DNA of 64,000 nucleotides, taken from Nitrososphaeraceae archaeon. GTDB taxonomy: Archaea; Thermoproteota; Nitrososphaeria; Nitrososphaerales; Nitrososphaeraceae. The stretch is taken from NCBI GenBank assembly GCA_040414675.1, contig JBEDUN010000164.1:3-64002 (forward strand), read 5' to 3'. Position numbers and translations under genes: made by a program. Below, piece after piece: positions 28,643 to 39,375 of the stretch (positions are counted from its first letter, which is position 1; each line of letters opens with the position of its first letter). The notes beneath the pieces were generated by a model that was not told where the DNA came from, did not search any database, and was given only the letters and a program-made list of their open reading frames with translations.

Positions 28643-29710
28643 TTACAAAGTAAAAGTCCTTCCTTCAGCTTTAATTTGTACGTTTCCGCTGCCAGGGCCA
28701 GTTATGCTTCCAATACAACTACAGGACATCCCATATCTTTGAATCGTGTCAAGAGCAATATCTACTCTTGATCGAGGAATTACTACACAAAAACCAATGC
28801 CCATGTTAAAGGTTTTGTACATTTCCTTGATGTGAATGTGACCTTCCTTTTGAATGAGCTTGAATATGTCCGTAGGTACTGGAAGGCTATTAAGCCTATA
28901 ATTCACTGTGCTGTTAAGACGAGAAAATTTAGTAAAGGAACCACCTGTCACATGTAACAATCCGTGTACAGGGATACTGTCATTTTCTAATAACTTGACA
29001 ATAGGGCGAACATATATTCGAGTGGGTGCTAGCATCATATCACCAATGGTTTGATTGGTTTCGCCCACGAAATCACTCAGCGAATGTTTCGGAAGAAGAA
29101 CTTTTCGTGCCAGAGTGTATCCATTTGAATGGAGACCGTTACTTGCAACTCCGATGATGATGTCTCCCCTCTTAATCTTGTTTCCCATAATTAGTTTATT
29201 TTTTTCTGGTACAATTCCAAATGCCATACCTACTAAATCGAAAGCCTTCATTTGAATTTCCTTCGAAAGGAGTTCGGGTATTATTGCTGTCTCTCCTCCT
29301 ATAATAGGTACACTTGCATCTTTAGCTCCACAGACCAGTCCCTTGACTATATCTCTAAGTATAATAGGATCTGGATCGGTTATTGCAATATAATCGATAA
29401 ATCCGACTGGTTTAGCACCGACGCAAATTACGTCGTTCACATTCATAGCAACACAGTCTATGCCGATTGTATCAAAACGATTCATCATTTGGGAAACGAT
29501 AATCTTGGTTCCTACACCATCTGTGTGCAAGGCAAAAATTTTGCCATCGATTTCGATAAGTCCAGCGTAGTGGCCAAATCCAGACAATACCGTGCCATGA
29601 GTAAGGAACGATCTAGAGGTTGAAATTATCTTTCCGATGGTATTCTGAGCTTTAATTATCTTCTTTATATCTATTCCAGTGCTTTTGTACGTTACTCTTT
29701 TTGACCTCAA
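28643..29710 (-). CDS. purM: Phosphoribosylformylglycinamidine cyclo-ligase (AIR synthetase)
   Basis: 355 aa, TTG start. YKSTGIDI, GHYAGL, HTDGVGTK and NGLHSNGY motifs. Confidence 0.9.
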   Translation of the reverse strand: MRSKRVTYKSTGIDIKKIIKAQNTIGKIISTSRSFLTHGTVLSGFGHYAGLIEIDGKIFALHTDGVGTKIIVSQMMNRFDTIGIDCVAMNVNDVICVGAKPVGFIDYIAITDPDPIILRDIVKGLVCGAKDASVPIIGGETAIIPELLSKEIQMKAFDLVGMAFGIVPEKNKLIMGNKIKRGDIIIGVASNGLHSNGYTLARKVLLPKHSLSDFVGETNQTIGDMMLAPTRIYVRPIVKLLENDSIPVHGLLHVTGGSFTKFSRLNSTVNYRLNSLPVPTDIFKLIQKEGHIHIKEMYKTFNMGIGFCVVIPRSRVDIALDTIQRYGMSCSCIGSITGPGSGNVQIKAEGRTFTL

Positions 29711-30081
29711 GTAAAATTATTATTAATTTAGCTTACATATTACCCTTTAATATGTCTCTAAATGTAATAGCAAGTAAAGATTCGCCACTATATCTCGAAA
29801 TTATTGTGTTCTAGTATTTATCCAGATGATTGATAGATATTAACATTATATTTCTGTAATTTGTTGATACTATATACATTTTGAATTCATATTTTCTAAA
29901 TTATATTAATTTGGATACTAAAGAACTCTCAATTCCTGTTTTAATTGGATTTAAAAGTTGTATTATTAAATCGATGTACAGATATACCTATGCGTACATA
30001 AGTATAACAATGTTATAGCGATGCGTTTCATAATAAAGTTAATAAAATATCGCCGATTACTTAGCAATACTATAGACATTT

Positions 30082-30558
30082 ATGACAACTCCTAACAAGA
30101 TCGATGGAAATAAGGATGAAGTAGAAGTACTGTATATTGGAACGGCTGAATCAGAGCACATCGAAATGTATTTGAAGGCAATTTGGTACTTGAGAGAAAA
30201 AGGCGATACAGTTAAAGTGAGTTCTGTAGCTAAGCTGCTCAATGTAACCCAACCATCAGTAGTGCAGATGTTGCATCGACTAGACAATGCTGGTCTAGTG
30301 AGTTATAAAAAAGGTAACCTTGTGGAAATTACTTTGAAAGGAGAGAGGATAGGAAAACAAATGATCCGAAATACAAGATTACTCGAAGTCATGATGAGAG
30401 ATGCGCTTAAAATTGAAATCGACGAAGAGATGGTTTGCGGGATAGAACATCATATGAAAAAGATATTTACTGATGCTCTGTGCACGCTATTGAATCATCC
30501 TAGAATATGTCCGCACGGACTAGATATCCCTTTAGGAAAATGTTGTAAAAAATTGTAA
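30082..30558 (+). CDS. DtxR/MntR-family metal-dependent transcriptional repressor
   Basis: EMYLKAIWYL...VSSVAKLLNVTQPSVVQMLHRLDNAGLV (wHTH), then a dimerisation/metal-binding region with HH and CPHG. Confidence 0.85.
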   Translation: MTTPNKIDGNKDEVEVLYIGTAESEHIEMYLKAIWYLREKGDTVKVSSVAKLLNVTQPSVVQMLHRLDNAGLVSYKKGNLVEITLKGERIGKQMIRNTRLLEVMMRDALKIEIDEEMVCGIEHHMKKIFTDALCTLLNHPRICPHGLDIPLGKCCKKL

Positions 30559-30891
30559 TTTCCAAATTAATTGTGATGATATCTTCTTTGATATTATTGA
30601 CCATTTATCTGAAATCCACATAAAATTAAATCCAAAATATTCAATCAGATAGTGATTGATAGGCCATGTATATAAAAGTAAATTCTACATTCTGGTTCCA
30701 TTATTCAGTCAATTTATACTTCAAAGAGTATTGTTAGTTAATTTGCTGACTACAACTGTCTATTATAGAAAATTATCGATTATTACGACATGATTAAAAA
30801 TATATGGAAAAAGACATTTACTTTTGACTAGATTTAATTAGGTAAAGGAGAGCACAAATTGAAAAGATGGGTCCCCGAAAATTTCGATTAA

Positions 30892-31170
30892 AAGGGGCTG
30901 CATTTTCTACAGAGCGTTTTTGGGGTGTTGGAGAAGCATCTTTACAATTTTGTGGTATAAGGAAAACTGAAAGTGAATCTTATGGAGGTTGGACAGAAGA
31001 CCCTCCGACAAGTATACGCAGCTAAGACAGGCAAGGCAATGGCATTTGACTTATTGTGCAATCTAACAAGATTTACCTTATGATGGCTCACTTATCGAAT
31101 TCTGTACGATCCAAGATCCTACAGCTAAGAATAACCAAGACCCAGACATGGGTTCCCGATATGACTCGTG
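30892..31170 (+). pseudogene. Possible decayed molybdate/tungstate solute-binding protein gene (modA/wtpA-like relic)
   Basis: A single reading phase gives KGLHFLQSVFGVLEKHLYNFVV*GKLKVNLMEVGQKTLRQVYAAKTGKAMAFDLLCNLTRFTL*WLTYRILYDPRSYS*E*PRPRHGFPI*. This loosely follows the ModA/WtpA N-terminal pattern (AGSL...F..FEKKHP.V.V..E..GS....R.V...G.KADV..SAD...W.....N.IVLAY...RPDV.FG). It has multiple in-frame stops and sits exactly where the binding-protein gene is expected. Confidence 0.3.
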
Positions 31171-31400
31171 TATTAAGTATCATACTTCATAACAGAGTGT
31201 CCTAGGTGCACAATCCGGGGCTAAGATTCAAAATTCACCCACACAAGTAAATGCTCAAGCCTGGTTGATAATAGAAGACCTGTGATACATTTGGTTCATC
31301 TAAGACTCAGTGATTAACCTATTGAATGCCATGTACAACGAATACTGTGTTTAATCGATACACATAACTTGAAGCTAGAGTAGAGCATCAACAATTTCAA

Positions 31401-32201
31401 ATGGATGTTAAGAATCATGGATTTAATATTGCAGTGTTGGGTTTGTCTCTAATAACTGTAGCTTACCTCGCTTTTCCACTTACCGCGATCTTTATTTTTA
31501 TTACTTTAACATCGATTCCAACTTTATTAAGTAGACCCGAAGTTGTCAATGCTTTCGTACTTAGTGCAAGTACTGCGACAGTTTCCACAATGATATTGGC
31601 GGTATTTGGAATCCCGGTAGGATATTTGTTAGCTCGATTTGGACATCTCCCTGGAGTTTCAATCCTAAGACTGTTGGTTTTCTTACCACTAGTATTGCCT
31701 CCTTTGGCAAGTGGCGCGTTACTATTGGGAGCTCTGGGTCCTATCTCCCCAATAATGAGAATGTTTCCTATGATTGATCTTACTCAATCGGTCTCAGGAA
31801 TAATAATCGCGCAGACATATGTAGCCTCTCCGTTTATGATCTTTGCTGCAGAGATTGCATTCGAATCATATGATGAATCACTTGAGCGGGTTTCTCGTTT
31901 ATTAGGTAAGTCTAGATTTCAGACTTTTATGAAGGTATCAATCCCGTTAGCCAAGAATGGTTTAATCATTGGATCAATTATGTCATGGGTCAGGGCAGTC
32001 GGAGAGTTAGGAGCAACAATGATGTTAGCATACAATCCCCATACGATTTCAATTCAAATATTTGAAGATAATGCTATAGGGGGATTGGCTAGAGCCATTC
32101 CAGATATCTTTCTAAGTATAATATTGTCAATTACAGCTTTAACTGTGTTTTGGCTCTATTCGGCTAAATTTACAAAAGGGAGCTTTATATTGATGAAGTA
32201 A
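31401..32201 (+). CDS. ABC transporter permease, ModB/WtpB (CysTW) type
   Basis: 266 aa, six TM segments, with the EAA-type loop region (SLERVSRLLGKSRFQTFMKVSIPLAKNGL). Confidence 0.85.
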   Translation: MDVKNHGFNIAVLGLSLITVAYLAFPLTAIFIFITLTSIPTLLSRPEVVNAFVLSASTATVSTMILAVFGIPVGYLLARFGHLPGVSILRLLVFLPLVLPPLASGALLLGALGPISPIMRMFPMIDLTQSVSGIIIAQTYVASPFMIFAAEIAFESYDESLERVSRLLGKSRFQTFMKVSIPLAKNGLIIGSIMSWVRAVGELGATMMLAYNPHTISIQIFEDNAIGGLARAIPDIFLSIILSITALTVFWLYSAKFTKGSFILMK

Positions 32202-32205
32202 CATC

Positions 32206-33297
32206 ATGACTGGACTAGAACTAGTGAATGTAGTAAAGAAATTTCCTGGTTTTACGCTTGGGCCTATCAATTTGAAAATTGAATCCGAAGTGACGGTCAT
32301 TCTAGGACCAACCGGTAGTGGAAAGACTACGATCCTAAACCTCATCTCCGGGTTATCGAGACCAGATATCGGATCTATAATGTTAAACGATGTCAATATC
32401 ACGAATCAGCCACTCGAAATCAGAAAAATCGGGTATTTATTCCAAAAACCATTGTTGTTTCCTCACTTGGGAGTATATGACAATATTACTTTTGGTAAGA
32501 GAAAAGATGAGTCGATCGGCGATTCTGAAATCATTGCCTTACTTAAAGACCTTGGTATATGGCATTTGTGTGATCGAAAAATGGGAGGACTGAGCGGTGG
32601 GGAGATGCAAAAGGTTTCTTTAGCAAGAATGCTTGTTACCAAACCAAAAGTAATTCTGATGGATGAACCACTTTCTAACTTAGACGAGTTATCCAAAAGG
32701 AACTTGAGAAAGGAATTACGAATGGTGCTAAAGGAAAGGAATGTCCCAACTATTTATGTGACACATTTTGAACATGATGTATATGCCTTGGCAGACAATG
32801 TTTCGATTCTGAGTGATGGTAAAGTAGTATATAGTGATACCTTGGATGGTTGTCTTAAAGTACAGACGCAGTCTTCTATTCCATATTATTTCGACTTATT
32901 TAGTGCTGAGGGTAATTATATAGAAGGTATAGTTATTCAAAGCAGAAGTGGTATTGCTAAATTCAGATATGGCGCGCAAATGATAGAAATTCTTGGAGAA
33001 TATCCAATAGGATCAAAAGTAGGCATTTTGATTCGACCTGAGGATATTATTTTATCTAAACAATCTCTAAAAACCAGTGCACGCAATGTTTTGCTAGTAA
33101 AAATAATAAATATAAAAAAGCCAGTTGAATCTATTGGAACGATAAACGTGTATATGATGCTTGAACAAAGACTGCGTTTGGTAGCTAAAATCACTGAGGA
33201 AGCAAGACTGGAAATCGATATTAGAATAGGAGACGAATTATTTATAATTTTTAAAGCATCTGCACCAACAATCGTACGTGAAGAATCTCTAAACTGA
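32206..33297 (+). CDS. ABC transporter ATPase, ModC/WtpC type, with a C-terminal TOBE/Mop-like domain
   Basis: Walker A GPTGSGKTT, signature LSGGEMQKVSLARML, Walker B ILMDEP, and a roughly 120-aa beta-rich C-terminal extension. Confidence 0.9.
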   Translation: MTGLELVNVVKKFPGFTLGPINLKIESEVTVILGPTGSGKTTILNLISGLSRPDIGSIMLNDVNITNQPLEIRKIGYLFQKPLLFPHLGVYDNITFGKRKDESIGDSEIIALLKDLGIWHLCDRKMGGLSGGEMQKVSLARMLVTKPKVILMDEPLSNLDELSKRNLRKELRMVLKERNVPTIYVTHFEHDVYALADNVSILSDGKVVYSDTLDGCLKVQTQSSIPYYFDLFSAEGNYIEGIVIQSRSGIAKFRYGAQMIEILGEYPIGSKVGILIRPEDIILSKQSLKTSARNVLLVKIINIKKPVESIGTINVYMMLEQRLRLVAKITEEARLEIDIRIGDELFIIFKASAPTIVREESLN

Positions 33298-33558
33298 ATT
33301 ACTTTCTCAACAAGCTGTCAGGAAGATAACAGATATCTCAATGCTACATAATTTCAGTTTCATGTTTATATCGGGACATACTTAAGCTATCTATTTGTCT
33401 AGTTGCCAAAATAGTAAGAACACTATCGAGCTAAAACTAATTCAACTCCTACTATGTTAACGTAATGAAACTATTCATTGTTTCTTAAATTTGGTCCTAT
33501 GTAAGTGATGTAATCAAACGTTCAAACATAATTCCCATTCCACTTATTTTCGTTGTCA

Positions 33559-33885
33559 TTACTCTTCAATTGCATTTGTCAATTCTGTATTTTTATCCAG
33601 TCCAAAGTCCTCAATAAGGTTCATCAATTCTCTGTATTGCTTCAAGAATGTGCGTCCCTTACTCGTTATAGATAGCATTCCACTGTTCTCGCATCTGAGG
33701 ATCATATCTTTACGCCTCAGGTCGCCGAAAATCAACGTCATTTTATCGTATGATAATCTTGAGTATTGTTGGACATGAGTCGGCTTAGCAACTTGAGCAC
33801 CTTCGTTATGATGTATCTCATGCTCAATCGCAGTAAGGATATCATGAAACAGCTGTAGTTTATGCCTCTTGTATTGTTTCATCAC
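33559..33885 (-). CDS. Small winged-helix DNA-binding protein
   Basis: 108 aa. ...LFHDILTAIE...YSRLSYDKMTLIFGDLRRKDMILRCENSGMLSITSKGRTFLKQY fits the small archaeal wHTH regulators. Confidence 0.55.
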   Translation of the reverse strand: MMKQYKRHKLQLFHDILTAIEHEIHHNEGAQVAKPTHVQQYSRLSYDKMTLIFGDLRRKDMILRCENSGMLSITSKGRTFLKQYRELMNLIEDFGLDKNTELTNAIEE

Positions 33886-34695
33886 TATTCTTTAAATTTC
33901 ATGTTTCAATATTGAAAATCGACCGATAAAAAAAGGCTCTAAGCGAGACCATTCGAATATACTACATGTATCCAATTGGATAAATAATCTCCCTGATGCC
34001 CGATAGAAATACAAATCAGATATCTCTAGTCAATTTGGTTGACATTTGTTTTTCTGCTAACCCATGGTTAATTTGTTTGGCGGGAAATCCTTCGTAGAAA
34101 TGTATTAGATTTTCTGATGAGAATCCTAGACAAACTGAGATTAGACTAGGATTGAACAGGTAACAACCATTTGATACCTCATAATAAATATTTCAACTCT
34201 TAATTTTTATCAAAATTGACAAATAAGATCAAATCCACTATATTCATCCCACAAGTTACGATTTAAAACTGATGTCCACATTGTAATACAAAGTTTTACA
34301 TAAACAATATTTCTAGTTGATCTTGAGATATTGAAAACCACGATTCAGATTGACTGTACTATTTTATGCCAAAGCTCAGATTCTGGCTATTCTTAATGAT
34401 TTAGGCTGTCTTAAATCATTTGCGTTCCAATCCCAGTATCATCAACTAATATTGGGGACGTGGTATGTCAAAATCACGTATCATTCGGATATTAACCCTA
34501 AGTCTAGACAAATGATTTTTTGAGCCATTCAGCTTGGTGTTTATTCTCGCATACGTAAGACTGTGATATTTCATATAGTCGTACATAGAATTAGTATATC
34601 TTTATCAAACATCTAAACTTCCTATACCACAAGTTTGTTGTTTAGAATAGGTTGTTTATTCGGAATGCCAAAGTACCAATGATATCAAAATATTG

Positions 34696-36384
34696 TTAGG
34701 TCAGATTAGGTATAGTCATTTTCATAACCCTTTGCCTAAGTACGATAGCTAGCCCAATTGATATAATGGATACAATAACTGCTGTCAAGAATATCAAGTT
34801 AAAAGCAGAAAAGGATGGGATGTAACGTATTGTGTCATTCGCGTTAATTGCCATTTGATGTGTCTGCATGTACATTCCTGCGAGTGCTGGACCAATTGCA
34901 CTGCCAATTATTCTAAGCAGCGTAGTCATCCCAAGAGATATCCCGCTAAATTGTTTTGGGGTAGCAAGTATGATAACATTCATCGCACCCACGCTCGTAA
35001 GAGACAACCCAGTTGATAAAACTGCTAAGCTTATTGAAATTAAGAGTTCTGTAGAATGTAGGGCCAGCAATCCAACGAAACTTGCAGTAGTGATGATAGT
35101 TCCAAATATAATGGGTTTTAAAGATCCAAGTTTCGAAACTATATATCCAGAGGTAGGACCGAAGACTAGAAGAATAATTGCAAAAGGTAGTTGAACCTTG
35201 CCTGTGCTTATGGCATCTTCATTAAATCCAACTGGCTCTGGATTTGTTACTAGAATAGGTATCGTTTGAAATATCATAAACATTGAAAATCCCACCAAAA
35301 CTATAATCAAATTGGCGGGAAGTATTGCCTTGTTGAGCATAAGTTTGAAATCTACTAACGGAAATCTCGAACGCTTCTCGACTATAATAAATGAACAAAA
35401 TGAGATAATTCCCAGGATAATAAAGGGTAATACCTGACCAGATGAGTTATTCGTAGAATGTGTATTCTGGCTACTAGGTGGATAGCTAGCAGAAGCCGTT
35501 ATGCTATTAGTTCCAGATGTTTCAAGTAACGTCAGAACCAACAATAACGATATAATAGTTATAGCCAACGCAATTGCACCTACAAAGTCAATCTTGTTGG
35601 TAGAATCACTAGAAAGTGATACATCAGATTCTGTTTTGAGTTCAGGCTTGTACTTCAGATTTATCCCACCTTGTTTTGTTTGAATATATTTCGTATCTTT
35701 CTTATGCCAGTCGCTTTTCTCTTCTATATGTATAAAAAATCGGATTATTACTAAAAGTCCTATTGCCACAGGGATTATTGTAAAGAATGTAGTTCGCCAT
35801 CCATAATTCTCGACAATAATTCCACCTACTGTCAAGCCTATTACTGCACCAGAAGCAAACATGGATGTTATGATCCCTTGCCCTATTGACATTTTCTCCC
35901 TAGGAAATTGATCCCTTACGATACTAAATGCAATTGGAAACATCGACATTCCAACTCCCTGTATAGCACGGGCAATAAGCAAGAATGTTATGTTTGAGGC
36001 AAATCCTGACAGAGAAACTCCTATTGCATAAATACCCATTATTATTAGCAAGATTTTCTTCCTGCCATAGATATCTGACAACTTGCCTGCAATTGGGGTC
36101 ATTACCGCCCCAGTAACAAGATATGCGGTAAGTATCCATGATGACATGCTGTACGAAACGTGGAAGTCAGCTATGAGATCAGGAATAGCTGGGATTAGCA
36201 TGGTTTCTGCGTACATTATCATCGTCGCTATACAACTTAGTACTATGACTACTTTCCAAGCATACGCCGAAATTCTTGCTGGCTCGCCAGAATGAGAACT
36301 AGGCAAATGAGTATGAGCCGATCCAATATCACCTATGCCCTCACTTTCGTGTCCTTTTTTATCACCGCAGTATGGTTTTTTCAA
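34696..36384 (-). CDS. MFS transporter, DHA2 (14-TM, EmrB/QacA-like) type
   Basis: 562 aa. The GKLSDIYGRKK motif lies between TM2 and TM3. About 14 hydrophobic segments, with an S/T/N-rich loop insert. Confidence 0.9.
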   Translation of the reverse strand: MKKPYCGDKKGHESEGIGDIGSAHTHLPSSHSGEPARISAYAWKVVIVLSCIATMIMYAETMLIPAIPDLIADFHVSYSMSSWILTAYLVTGAVMTPIAGKLSDIYGRKKILLIIMGIYAIGVSLSGFASNITFLLIARAIQGVGMSMFPIAFSIVRDQFPREKMSIGQGIITSMFASGAVIGLTVGGIIVENYGWRTTFFTIIPVAIGLLVIIRFFIHIEEKSDWHKKDTKYIQTKQGGINLKYKPELKTESDVSLSSDSTNKIDFVGAIALAITIISLLLVLTLLETSGTNSITASASYPPSSQNTHSTNNSSGQVLPFIILGIISFCSFIIVEKRSRFPLVDFKLMLNKAILPANLIIVLVGFSMFMIFQTIPILVTNPEPVGFNEDAISTGKVQLPFAIILLVFGPTSGYIVSKLGSLKPIIFGTIITTASFVGLLALHSTELLISISLAVLSTGLSLTSVGAMNVIILATPKQFSGISLGMTTLLRIIGSAIGPALAGMYMQTHQMAINANDTIRYIPSFSAFNLIFLTAVIVSIISIGLAIVLRQRVMKMTIPNLT

Positions 36385-36602
36385 TTTAAAGAAGGGGCTA
36401 AAATTTCGTCAAGACTCATAGTCTCTTTATGAAGAACATTTAGTAATAGTATGTTGTGCAAAGACCTAGTTATAGTTGAGTTAGCTATAATTGTATTCTT
36501 GTGAGGTTTGAGTTTGTTCATTACTAATTCAAGCCTGAAGTTTTTTTCGAATTTTTTCAAAATGATTCTTGTGATCTCAAGTTTATACTCAAAATTTTTC
36601 AA
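36381..36602 (-). CDS. Small ORF upstream of the MFS gene, overlapping it by 4 nt; doubtful
   Basis: 73 aa with no motif. The only support is the ATGA-type overlap with the MFS start. Confidence 0.25.
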   Translation of the reverse strand: MKNFEYKLEITRIILKKFEKNFRLELVMNKLKPHKNTIIANSTITRSLHNILLLNVLHKETMSLDEILAPSLN

Positions 36603-36953
36603 TAATTATCTAACCCCAGCATAATTCCTGAATTCTCGTTTCGAATGTAGGTTTGCTAAATTGTATCCTCAAGTTCAAATCTGATACCTTTATAAATGCA
36701 TTAACATTAGCTCTTATGGTAATTTTAGTCCCAATCATAAAATCATAAAAACACATAATCTTCTAATAGATTGTACGCCATTTAATACTATATATGCATT
36801 TGAAGTGCTGCCTATCAGTATCGAAGGTTCGCTCATATCGTAACTTGAGGGTAGGTGGCATATTCAAGAATTTTAATGATAACATAATTTGATTTCTTGA
36901 TTTTATCCTCAACACGGTAAGTTGAATCCAAAGAGTCATTTAATTTCAAGTGA

Positions 36954-37970
36954 TTAACCCCCAATTCTGTGCATAAGGTTCATTGATGGTCTCAACGATT
37001 TACTACGTATTAGCTTTATAATACCTTCTGGCTTGTGTTCTATGGAATTTAAGATACTTAATTTAATAGCTTCGTCAGATTTTCCACTTCTCAACAGACC
37101 TTTCAGATCAGTTCCTGGTTTTTCATATAGACAAGTCAGCAATCTACCATCTGATGTTAGTCTTATCCTGTCGCAGTTGGTGCAAAATGGCTCAGATATA
37201 GACGGAATAAATCCCAAACTACCTTTATTGTCATTAAAAGTAAATAGCCTAGCAGGTTCGGAAAAATCGTTGGATACGGGAAAAATTTCTATCCCCTCGC
37301 CATCTAACTTTTTGATTATTTCAGCCTTGGTTACTACTAGGTGATTATTCCACATGCTAGTTCCATCCAATGGCATAAATTCTATAAAGCGGACAGTGAA
37401 ATTAGTCTTTCTTGACAACGCTGTAAATTCTATGACCTCGTCATCATTCCATCCTCTGATGACGACAACATTTAATTTCACACGAAGTCCAACGTCATTA
37501 GCTACTTGTATACCTTCAAGTACCTTGTCGAGTCCATTTACACCGTTAATTGCCTTAAATCGATTCTCTTTTAGTGTATCTAAACTAACATTCACGCTAT
37601 GTAATCCTGCATTCTTGAGCTTAAGTGCATTAGCCTGGAGTCCTATGCCATTTGTAGTCATGCCTATGTGCACTATCTTGGGTATTTGAGAAATTAGCTT
37701 GATTAGGGTAGGGACATTTGGTCTAACTAAAGGCTCTCCACCAGTCAGTCTCACTTTGACAATGCCTAAATCTGCTAAGATCCTAACAACTCTATTGATC
37801 TCATGAAAATTCAGTATATTTTCCTGTTCAAACCAATCGACGTTATTGCTAGGCATACAATAGACGCATCGCATATTGCACCTGTCAGTGACTGAAATAC
37901 GTAATTTCTTAGCGGTTCTACCGAATCCGTCCATTAATTTGTTATTCTGGTGCACAAGAGTGGTCAACAT
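36954..37970 (-). CDS. moaA: GTP 3',8-cyclase (molybdenum cofactor biosynthesis protein A)
   Basis: RISVTDRCNMRCVYCMP radical-SAM motif, GGEPL, and a C-terminal CxxC...C cluster (CTNCDRIRLTSDGRLLTC). Confidence 0.95.
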   Translation of the reverse strand: MLTTLVHQNNKLMDGFGRTAKKLRISVTDRCNMRCVYCMPSNNVDWFEQENILNFHEINRVVRILADLGIVKVRLTGGEPLVRPNVPTLIKLISQIPKIVHIGMTTNGIGLQANALKLKNAGLHSVNVSLDTLKENRFKAINGVNGLDKVLEGIQVANDVGLRVKLNVVVIRGWNDDEVIEFTALSRKTNFTVRFIEFMPLDGTSMWNNHLVVTKAEIIKKLDGEGIEIFPVSNDFSEPARLFTFNDNKGSLGFIPSISEPFCTNCDRIRLTSDGRLLTCLYEKPGTDLKGLLRSGKSDEAIKLSILNSIEHKPEGIIKLIRSKSLRPSMNLMHRIGG

Positions 37971-38156
37971 ACCAACCTTATTAGATACTGATTATCGAAT
38001 CTTATTAAAATAACCTTTGTGCTGGCTAGATTGAATTTTGGATCATCTATTTGAACGAAAAGATTGAGCTCGTTTATACATCTATTCTGATAAAGTAGTC
38101 TCATTATTCAGATATTGTTGGAATATGCAGTAGATCAAATATGGAAAATCATTGAA

Positions 38157-38696
38157 CTATAAGTCACCAAACATGTTATAATATTCATTCGCAATCTTAT
38201 CTGAAAAACTATATTTATATTTGGAAAGAACGTCAGAGACGAGTTGAACATTAAAAATTCTATATAGCTGTAACTCCTGACCATGAACTATTGAAATAAT
38301 TCCGCTTTCCGATAACCTCTTTAGATGCCATGAAATTGTAGATGGTGCTTTTTTCATGTGTTCTAAGATCTCACCGAATGTGCATAGATCATGTTCGAGT
38401 ATGAAGAGCACGATTTGCCTCGAGGACTTGTTCCTAATCTGGCCCATTATACATGTCTCTTCCAATTGCATGTCCAAGGGAAAGTACTTTGGCCTTCTAC
38501 CGTGTAGCCTATCAACCTTAATTGCCTGCGTTTTTTCTAGAATTTTTATGTGGTACTCTAGCGCACCGTTTGTCAACCCACTAAGTCTGAGCAGTTCTCT
38601 ATATCTTATCCCCGGGCTACGTTTGATATAATCCAATATCAAAGTTTTAAGATCGATAGGTCCAATATTGCATTGATTAGGGTGGGTAGTAGACAA
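38157..38696 (-). CDS. Transcriptional regulator with two ArsR-like winged-helix domains
   Basis: ILDYIKRSPGIRYRELLRLSGLTNGALEYHIKILEK and RQIVLFILEHDLCTFGEILEHMKKAPSTISWHLKRLSESGII. Begins 4 nt after the upstream membrane-protein gene. Confidence 0.75.
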   Translation of the reverse strand: MSTTHPNQCNIGPIDLKTLILDYIKRSPGIRYRELLRLSGLTNGALEYHIKILEKTQAIKVDRLHGRRPKYFPLDMQLEETCIMGQIRNKSSRQIVLFILEHDLCTFGEILEHMKKAPSTISWHLKRLSESGIISIVHGQELQLYRIFNVQLVSDVLSKYKYSFSDKIANEYYNMFGDL

Positions 38697-38700
38697 TTTC

Positions 38701-39183
38701 CTATTTTTCCACCTTTAGTACACCCAAACCGAATAACGTTAGCATAAGCAACAACAACATGTGAGGCAATCCCACATATATTCCGCGCTGCATAGCGGGA
38801 CTAGTTCCTGGTATAACTTCTAGCAAAAATAATATTTCAACAATCAAAAGAGATGAGAATCCCACAGTGGTATACAAGATCTTAGTGCTTCTAATTCTCC
38901 GATATGCCAGCAGTGAAGCTGCAATCAAAAATGTAGATATAGAAATGCTCGCGACGTGCATTGATATGAAATAAATCAAATGAGGTCTGTGAATATGTGG
39001 AATTATTAGTGGGACAAAAATAATGAGTGTTACAATTGAAATTAGTGCCAACAATTTAGGTTTACTATTTACGATCTCAGTAAGATGGTATCGCAGAGCT
39101 GCATAACAACCAACGAGCCTAATTTCCAAGTTGTGATATATTGGTTGGAGCTTCATAAATAGATGACTCGATTCGTTAGTCAC
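38701..39183 (-). CDS. 4-TM membrane protein, co-transcribed with the dual-wHTH regulator
   Basis: 160 aa, GTG start, four hydrophobic helices. A TATA-like AAAGTAAATAAT (minus strand) lies about 23-35 nt upstream of the start. Confidence 0.6.
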   Translation of the reverse strand: MTNESSHLFMKLQPIYHNLEIRLVGCYAALRYHLTEIVNSKPKLLALISIVTLIIFVPLIIPHIHRPHLIYFISMHVASISISTFLIAASLLAYRRIRSTKILYTTVGFSSLLIVEILFLLEVIPGTSPAMQRGIYVGLPHMLLLLMLTLFGLGVLKVEK

Positions 39184-39224
39184 ACATAATTAATATCAAT
39201 AGAGCATTATTTACTTTTCATAGT

Positions 39225-39241
39225 GCATTCGTCGAATGTAC
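39225..39241. promoter_or_regulatory. Palindromic operator-like site GCATTCG-T-CGAATGTAC (copy 1)
   Basis: CATTCGTCGAATGTAC (39226-39241) is identical to 43672-43687. It is an inverted repeat with a single central T, immediately upstream of the TATA-like box of the 38701-39183 / 38157-38696 operon. Confidence 0.5.
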
Positions 39242-39375
39242 AACAATGGTACTTCATGTTGATGAGATGATAGCTTATGCAAAATCTATTGGGATTCTAG
39301 GTGTCCATACCGACATTATTATTCAATGCTATATTCAAAACAAAAGCTCGTCAAGGCAATATTTTCTAGTGCTTT

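Noticed and set aside
29974-29999. ATGTAC-N14-GTACAT inverted repeat in the purM/DtxR divergent spacer, considered as a possible DtxR/MntR operator
   Set aside because: The arms are only 6 bp. The spacing and sequence do not resemble known DtxR/IdeR/MntR boxes, and it occurs once.
34114-34138. A C/D-box sRNA-like CTGATGA ... CTGA arrangement in the spacer upstream of the MFS gene
   Set aside because: The spacing is 14 nt rather than about 12. No C'/D box pair or terminal stem could be found downstream.
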